NCBI RefSeq assembly: GCF_938030725.1
Contig: NZ_CALHIQ010000013.1
Location: forward strand, 6,461 to 70,460
Direction: 5' to 3'
Length of the DNA: 64,000 bases
DNA from: an uncultured Fretibacterium sp.
Lineage (GTDB): Bacteria > Synergistota > Synergistia > Synergistales > Aminobacteriaceae
Part shown: positions 58,243-64,000 of the stretch, piece by piece
Layout: every line of letters begins with the position of its first letter
How positions within the stretch are numbered: the stretch's first letter is position 1
The notes under the pieces: model-generated
Told to the model about the DNA's origin: nothing
The model's input: the letters and a program-made list of their open reading frames with translations, nothing else
The model's database searches: none
Program-made: the position numbers and the translations under genes

Positions 58243-60699
58243 ATGGAGGTCCCCGCAATGGAACGATACCGATCTCAAATAGGTGCCAGCCGTCTGCCGC
58301 AGGCGTATGGACAAAACTTCGTCGATGGCGCGGCGACGGGGGTGAACGTCGCCGGGGCGTGGGGCAGGCTGGGCGAAACGATACAGAAGGCCGGAGAGGT
58401 CATGAAGCGCCGGCAGGACGAGTGGGACGCCACCCGCGCCATGGAGGCCAACAACGAGCTCGTGAAGCGCATGACCTCGTACATGGAAGACCCGGACACG
58501 GGCGTCCTGAACACCCGGAAGCTGGGGCTGGCGCGCGGCCTGACCCAGCAGGCCGACGCCGACACGGACCGCTTCATCGCGGAGATCGAGGGGCAGCTGG
58601 ACAACGACGCCCAGAAGCAGGCCTTCCGCGCCATGGCGGAGCGGTCCCGCGTCCCGTTCTGGAAGCAGGCCAGCCACTTCGAGGCGGCGCAGGTCAACGA
58701 GTATCGGGGCCAGGTGTTCAAGAACACCCTGGACGCCGGGATGCAGATGACCCTGCGCGACCCCATGGACGAGGGGGCGTTCGAGGCGGCCTCCGTCCAG
58801 GGCGCCACAGCCATCCGCGCGCAGTACGTCGGGGCCGACGAGAAGGTCGTGAAGGCCGCGGTGGACGAGTACGTGTCCGGCCTGGAGGCGGCTCGCATCT
58901 CCGCCGTTTCCGAGGGCAACCCCCTGCTGGGCGAGGCTCTGATCAAGAGCTCCCCGTACCTGACGCCGATGGACGCAAGGAAGCTCCGGGGAACGATAGC
59001 CCCCAAGGCGGAGATTTACCGGCGGCAGGAGGCCGTCGATGATCTGGTGCAGCGGTTCGGGCCGGGACAGGAGCAAGAGGGGCTGGCCTGGATCCGCGAG
59101 CACAAGGGCGGCGAGGAGGAGGAGCGCCTAGCCTCCGCCTACAGACAGCGCATCGGCGAGATGACCGTCCGGGAGGTCAACGCCGATGCGGAGCTCAGGA
59201 AGCAACAGGCGGCTAACTTCGACCAGCTCTACCGGGACTACTGGAGCCGGGGACGTAACGTCCCACAGGAGCAACTGGACGCCATGCTCCAGGGCAACGT
59301 CATCTCCTCGGCTCAGCATCGACAGGCTACGGCCTGGAACCAGACCGCCGTCACGCGGGCGGACGTGACGAAGAAGCTGTCGAAGTCACCGGACTGGTCG
59401 TCTCTCACCCCGCAACAGCAGGAGGAGCGCATCATGCGCGGCATGGGGGTCACCCAGGAGGACCGCGAGGCCGCGCTGGCGGCGATTCGGGCGGGTGTGC
59501 TGGACGGGACCATGACGGACGCAGAGCTGAAGGCGTACTACACCAGCGGGCGGATAACGGGGGCGGAGCTGGAGCGGTTTAAGGGTATGGACAACAGGCT
59601 GACTGGGGAGCAGAAGGAGTTCGTCGGCGTCCAGAAGAAGATGCTCGATGCGGATATCGCAAAGGTCGATATCCCCGGCGGCAATGGTGCGGGGTACAAG
59701 ACGTTTGCGCAGGCGAAGTTCAACGAGTTGGTGTCGCAGCTTGACCCCAACGGCAAGACATACCGCATGGACGTGATGAACGCCCGGCGGGACGCGCTTT
59801 CCCTCACCGTTCAGGAGAGCGGGAAAAAGCAGACGCGCGTGACGTGGTTCGGCTTTGGAAGCGAGGAGCCCACGCCCTTCGGCGTGCGCGTCAACAAGGC
59901 CCTGGACGAGCTGAATCAAGAGGCCGAGAGCGTCACGGAGTACAGTCAGGACCTCACGACGGACGACATCCACCTGGAGAACAGACCCACTGCGGAGACT
60001 GAACGTGCCGCTCCACTTCCGCGTCCGGCTGGCAACACCGGCAACATCGGCTTGGATATGGTCGGCGGCAGCGGACGGATTACCGGGCGATTCTCCGACG
60101 CCAGGGCGTACAGGAAGGGCAAGCACAACGGCATCGACGTGGCTGTCCCGGAGGGTACGCCCATCGTTTCTCCGGACGCCGGTGTCCCCCTGACGGTCAC
60201 CAGGGTTGTCACAGGCTCGCCGTCGAAGGGCGGCGGGAACACCGTTACCCTCAGCGGGACGCTGCCGGATGGACGGGCGGTCTCGCTCACTGCCTCTCAC
60301 ATGCAGAACGGGAGCATCGCCTTGAAGCCCGGCGACGTGGTGCAGCCGGGGGAGGTCATTGGGCGCGTCGGGAACACCGGCATGACCTCCGACCGGCAGA
60401 AGGGCGGAATCACAGCATGGTACCCGGGAAAAAAGAGCGGGTACCACCTGGACCTGAAGATCAAGGTCAATGGCGAGTACGTGGACCCGGAGGCGTTCAG
60501 CTTCGGGGCGGGCAAAAAACCTGCCGCGCCTAAACAGGCCGCGGCCCCCGTGCCTGCTCCGGCGCCATCCCCTGCCCCTGAGCCGCCGGCGTCGCGCCCT
60601 GGGCCAACGATAGAGAACGCCAGGAAACTTGAGGAGCAAACGGCAGCGCCGCAGCAAAAGCGGCGCCTGGAAGATATTTTTGGAGGCATGATGCACTGA
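58243..60699 (+). CDS. Internal virion (ejection) protein with C-terminal M23 peptidase domain
   Basis: Long helical body, then HNGID.....GTP, GGN.V, SHM, V..GE.IG.VGNTG, HLD, NG..VDP. Confidence 0.75.
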   Translation: MEVPAMERYRSQIGASRLPQAYGQNFVDGAATGVNVAGAWGRLGETIQKAGEVMKRRQDEWDATRAMEANNELVKRMTSYMEDPDTGVLNTRKLGLARGLTQQADADTDRFIAEIEGQLDNDAQKQAFRAMAERSRVPFWKQASHFEAAQVNEYRGQVFKNTLDAGMQMTLRDPMDEGAFEAASVQGATAIRAQYVGADEKVVKAAVDEYVSGLEAARISAVSEGNPLLGEALIKSSPYLTPMDARKLRGTIAPKAEIYRRQEAVDDLVQRFGPGQEQEGLAWIREHKGGEEEERLASAYRQRIGEMTVREVNADAELRKQQAANFDQLYRDYWSRGRNVPQEQLDAMLQGNVISSAQHRQATAWNQTAVTRADVTKKLSKSPDWSSLTPQQQEERIMRGMGVTQEDREAALAAIRAGVLDGTMTDAELKAYYTSGRITGAELERFKGMDNRLTGEQKEFVGVQKKMLDADIAKVDIPGGNGAGYKTFAQAKFNELVSQLDPNGKTYRMDVMNARRDALSLTVQESGKKQTRVTWFGFGSEEPTPFGVRVNKALDELNQEAESVTEYSQDLTTDDIHLENRPTAETERAAPLPRPAGNTGNIGLDMVGGSGRITGRFSDARAYRKGKHNGIDVAVPEGTPIVSPDAGVPLTVTRVVTGSPSKGGGNTVTLSGTLPDGRAVSLTASHMQNGSIALKPGDVVQPGEVIGRVGNTGMTSDRQKGGITAWYPGKKSGYHLDLKIKVNGEYVDPEAFSFGAGKKPAAPKQAAAPVPAPAPSPAPEPPASRPGPTIENARKLEEQTAAPQQKRRLEDIFGGMMH

Positions 60700-63600
60700 T
60701 GCTCGAACAGAAGAGCGCCCCCGCCGGGGCGGAGAAGAAATACACAAGCCCGTTCGTTTTTGACGATGTTCAGGGCCCCGCCAACTGGCGCGAGGGCATC
60801 AGCGCACCCGTGCCCACGAAGCACACGGACCTCCTCGCGCTCCAGTACCCGCACTACGCGACGAACATCAACGAGGCCCGCGGAGAGGGGTACACGGACG
60901 AGGAGATTCTGCAGTTTCTCGGCGGCAGGGAGGCCGAGGCGTTGCTGTACTACCCCATCGTGGAGGTCAACTCCTTCCTGGGGCGAACGGGGAAGACCAT
61001 GCAGGAGGCCGCGCAGACGCGCTGGGACAGCCAGCGGGCCGCGTACGCAAAGATCACGGGCAAGAGCGAGGAGGACGTCGAGGAGCGCATGAGGGCGGGG
61101 CAGCTCATCGGCGTCCCCGCGTCCACGCTCCTGATCGACGACGCGCTGTATGAGAAGCTCACCCCGCACATCAAGAAGACGGAGGCTTGGACGGAAACGC
61201 TGGGCAATGGCGTGCGCCTCGAAAACGTGGAGCGGCAGATAAGCGATATCGGGTACAGGCTGATGACGTACCAGAACGTCCCCGACTGGGAGAAGCAGAT
61301 CGAGGCGCTGGAGGCCCAACAGCAGGCGCTTCAGCCCGCGCTGATGACGGGCGGCCTGGTGCGCGCCGGACAGGGCGCGATCAAGACGCTCGTCCAGATG
61401 GGGAACACCAGCCTCCGCGCGCTTCCCTATGCGGGCGCCGGCGCGGCGGTCGGAGGGCTCACCGGTCAGGCCCTTGGAGGAACGGTACTGACCCCGACAG
61501 GTCTTGCGACAGGTATGGGCGGCGCGATGACCGGGTTCGCAACGGGAATGGCGTTTGGCTCGACGCTTGAGATGTTCAAGATGGAGGCGGGGAGCGCCTA
61601 CCTTGATCTGATTCGGACGAAGGACAAGGACGGGCACGGGATGGACCCGACCCTCGCTCGCGGTGCAGCCCTCGGTATCGGCCTAATCAACGCGGCGCTG
61701 GAGAACCTTCAGTTGAAAACCGTCATTGAGAACATCCCAGGCGGCAGGGCGGCCCTGGAGGCCCTAAAGGGCGGCGGGGCAAAGCGCCTCATGAACGTTC
61801 CGACGATTCGCGGGGCGCTCCTCAAGCTGGGGGAAGAGAAGCTTGAGGACATCACCGAGGAGAGCTTTCAGGAGATGGCGCAGGAGATCGTTCCCATCGT
61901 CGCCGGCGAGCTGGCCAAGGCCATATCCGGACGCGAGTTTGAGCACGTCAGCGTCGAGGATGCGGTCAATCAGGTGCTTGCGGTCGGGAAGGAAACGGCC
62001 CAGAGCATGGCGCTAATGTTCGCGCCCGGCGCCGTGGTGCAGGGTATTGGGATGGTGCGCGACGTGCGGCAGGCGAGGAGCGACATCGCCGCTGCCGCAG
62101 CAGGGACGACGCCGGAAGCTTCCGTCAAGGCGGCCGACGGCGAGGCCGCCGTGCAGGGGCAGCCAGCGGACGGACTGAGCAAGAACGCCGAACCCGAAGC
62201 AGAGGGGGGTGAGACGAGCGTCTACCTCCCCGTCGCGGCGCTGGAGCAGTACGCCCAGACGCACCCCGGAGAGCTCGAGGACCTGGGTGTGGACCTGACC
62301 CCGCTTGAGGGGATGGACGAGGTGCGCCTGACCGAGGCGCAGTTTGCGAGCCTGTCCGAGGAGCTACCGGAGCTGGCTGAAGCGGTCAGGAACGATGTGC
62401 GGCGCGGCGCTAAGGGCACGACGGCGCGGGAGGCTGGGGAGATCGTTCTGCGGAGAACCAGCAAGCCCGCAGCGCGCACGGCAGAGGCGAAGGCTGTTGC
62501 CGAGGAGCTGGAGCAGCAGATGCTGGCTGTCGGCAAAGACCGCGAGGAAGCGCGGGCGTTCGCCCAGGTCGGCGCGTCCGTTGCCGAAGCGTTGGCGCGG
62601 CGCGCCAACATCTCTGTATCCGACGCCATGAGGCTGACGCTCCGGCGCGGCGAGGACGCCCGCCAGGGCGCGGGCTTCGCGCAACCCGCTAACGCCGGCG
62701 TGGACCTTGGGCAAAAAGTGCCCGTGCTGGACCTGAGCGGGGCGGAGGGCACAAGCACCACCAAGGAGCTGCTGACGCGGCTCAAGGACTTGGCGCTCAA
62801 GGATGAGACGTGGATTAGCCGGGATGCGGAGGTCTTTGCTACTCTGCCCAGGGGGAAGAAGCTGAAGCACGTCGCCTATTCCAGCAGGAAGGGCGATTTG
62901 CGACAGCGCAGCAATATCGCAAGCGGTCTGGATGAGCTTGTGCAGAACGCCGTCCTCATTGAGAGCGTGCCGAACAACGACCCGAAGAAGACGAACGTGC
63001 TGAACTTCCACAGGCTCTACGTCCCCGTCCGGACGGACGCGGGCGTTCAGGCCGTGAGGATTGTCGCGGAGGAGCTCAAGGACAGTGACCGGCTGAGGCC
63101 GACGGATGTGGAGCTTTACGACGTCGTTCTGGAAGGGCAAAAGGAGTCCCCGGCGGTTAACCACGGCCTCCTCGCGGAGGAAGTGGTGCCCAGTCCGGGG
63201 GCTCCTTCTGAGATCACTATAGCTGATATGCTGCGTGGCGTCAAGGACGCGGAGGGGAAGCCGTACGTCGGGGAGAAGTATCAGCAGACCGCCTACAACG
63301 GAAGCCCGGTCCTCTATGACAAGTTCGACATGAGCAAAGTGGGGAGTGGGAACGGGACGGCAAGCTACGGGTGGGGCGCGTACCTCTCCTCAGCCCGCGA
63401 AGTGGCGAAGATGTACGCCTTGCTTGCCGGCGGCGACGCGGAGAGCGTGCAGGTTGCGAAGTTCGATATCCCTGAGGACGACGTACTGCTGGCCCGCGAC
63501 AAAAGGTTCTCTGAACAACCGCAGAAGGTCAAAGACGCCCTGCAGCCCTACGCGGACGAGTACAAGCAAAGCGATGGCGAGCGCGGCATCAAGATATACG

Positions 63601-64000
63601 ACGTATTCAGCGGCGCACAGATTCAGGAGAAGATCGCCGACGCCCTCAACGAGGGAAGGATAAGCGTTCCCGGGGGGCTGAGTGGCCCCGTCGACGAGAC
63701 CTCCCGCGAGGTGTCGATGTTCCTGAACAGCCTGGGCATCCCCGGCCTGCGCTACCCCGACGACGGCGGCAATGGCTACGACTTCGTTATCTGGGACGAG
63801 AACGTGATGCACATGCTGGAACGGGAGGGTGACGGCAGAACGGAGACGTTTACTCCCACTCCGCAGCCCTCAGCGCGCCAGAGCGAGGAATATGACCCCG
63901 GCGACCCGAAGACGTGGCCGGAGGGGCCTGCGCGGGACGAGGCGCTGGCACTCGAGGCGTGGCAGCACCTGGAGGACGACGACGAGGTTGAGACCTGGCC
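60699..64000 (+). CDS. Large polyvalent internal virion protein (at least 1100 aa, truncated) with LPD3-like and ADP-ribosyltransferase-like modules
   Basis: Hand-translated: ATG overlaps the previous stop (TGATG) and there is no stop through 64000; absent from the ORF track because it is open-ended. Confidence 0.8.
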   Translation, partial: MLEQKSAPAGAEKKYTSPFVFDDVQGPANWREGISAPVPTKHTDLLALQYPHYATNINEARGEGYTDEEILQFLGGREAEALLYYPIVEVNSFLGRTGKTMQEAAQTRWDSQRAAYAKITGKSEEDVEERMRAGQLIGVPASTLLIDDALYEKLTPHIKKTEAWTETLGNGVRLENVERQISDIGYRLMTYQNVPDWEKQIEALEAQQQALQPALMTGGLVRAGQGAIKTLVQMGNTSLRALPYAGAGAAVGGLTGQALGGTVLTPTGLATGMGGAMTGFATGMAFGSTLEMFKMEAGSAYLDLIRTKDKDGHGMDPTLARGAALGIGLINAALENLQLKTVIENIPGGRAALEALKGGGAKRLMNVPTIRGALLKLGEEKLEDITEESFQEMAQEIVPIVAGELAKAISGREFEHVSVEDAVNQVLAVGKETAQSMALMFAPGAVVQGIGMVRDVRQARSDIAAAAAGTTPEASVKAADGEAAVQGQPADGLSKNAEPEAEGGETSVYLPVAALEQYAQTHPGELEDLGVDLTPLEGMDEVRLTEAQFASLSEELPELAEAVRNDVRRGAKGTTAREAGEIVLRRTSKPAARTAEAKAVAEELEQQMLAVGKDREEARAFAQVGASVAEALARRANISVSDAMRLTLRRGEDARQGAGFAQPANAGVDLGQKVPVLDLSGAEGTSTTKELLTRLKDLALKDETWISRDAEVFATLPRGKKLKHVAYSSRKGDLRQRSNIASGLDELVQNAVLIESVPNNDPKKTNVLNFHRLYVPVRTDAGVQAVRIVAEELKDSDRLRPTDVELYDVVLEGQKESPAVNHGLLAEEVVPSPGAPSEITIADMLRGVKDAEGKPYVGEKYQQTAYNGSPVLYDKFDMSKVGSGNGTASYGWGAYLSSAREVAKMYALLAGGDAESVQVAKFDIPEDDVLLARDKRFSEQPQKVKDALQPYADEYKQSDGERGIKIYDVFSGAQIQEKIADALNEGRISVPGGLSGPVDETSREVSMFLNSLGIPGLRYPDDGGNGYDFVIWDENVMHMLEREGDGRTETFTPTPQPSARQSEEYDPGDPKTWPEGPARDEALALEAWQHLEDDDEVETW

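Larger units (their letters stand above)
35850..64000. mobile_element. Temperate podovirus-type prophage integrated at tRNA-Gly (right end beyond window; left boundary approximate)
   Basis: Integrase next to tRNA, cI/cro, recombination and replication genes, terminase, portal, capsid, tail-tube and internal virion genes in order. Confidence 0.93.

Noticed and set aside
36066..64000. Genome-wide amber (TAG) recoding in the prophage
   Set aside because: All recognisable phage genes are full length under the standard code; TAGs fall at expected gene ends

Overview
High-GC bacterial chromosome segment. The SLH-porin, AsmA-like, HldE and pyr/rbgA/rnhB genes are consistent with a diderm anaerobe, probably Synergistota (Fretibacterium-like); this taxonomy is an inference. 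Bases 1-35.7 kb are host genes: two NhaC-family transporters, HisJ-like PHP phosphatase, SDR, SLH-domain outer-membrane protein, a frameshifted Rpn nuclease, AsmA-like protein, an XRE + ImmA/IrrE pair, C69 and DmpA peptidases, thermonuclease, DEAD-box helicase, AAA/PD-(D/E)XK protein, pckA, a degenerate e(P4)-like phosphatase, AmmeMemo fusion, ugd-hldE, a PyrR-attenuated pyrR-pyrF-pyrE operon and lepB-rbgA-rnhB-ylqG/H-like-yraN-yifB. A tRNA-Gly(CCC) at 35799-35874 marks the left end of a prophage that runs off the window. The prophage has a P4-type tyrosine integrase, a DUF262/HNH (GmrSD-like) gene directly downstream of cI, a lambdoid cI/cro switch, YqaJ/RecT, dUTPase, SSB, a replication initiator with iterons, RusA, a late activator, and a podovirus (BPP-1/T7-like) head-tail module. 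The last gene is an ORF of at least 1100 codons missing from the supplied ORF track; it carries LPD3-like and ADP-ribosyltransferase-like modules. No CRISPR array, rRNA or reverse transcriptase was seen. All family calls are from motif recognition by eye, not database searches.
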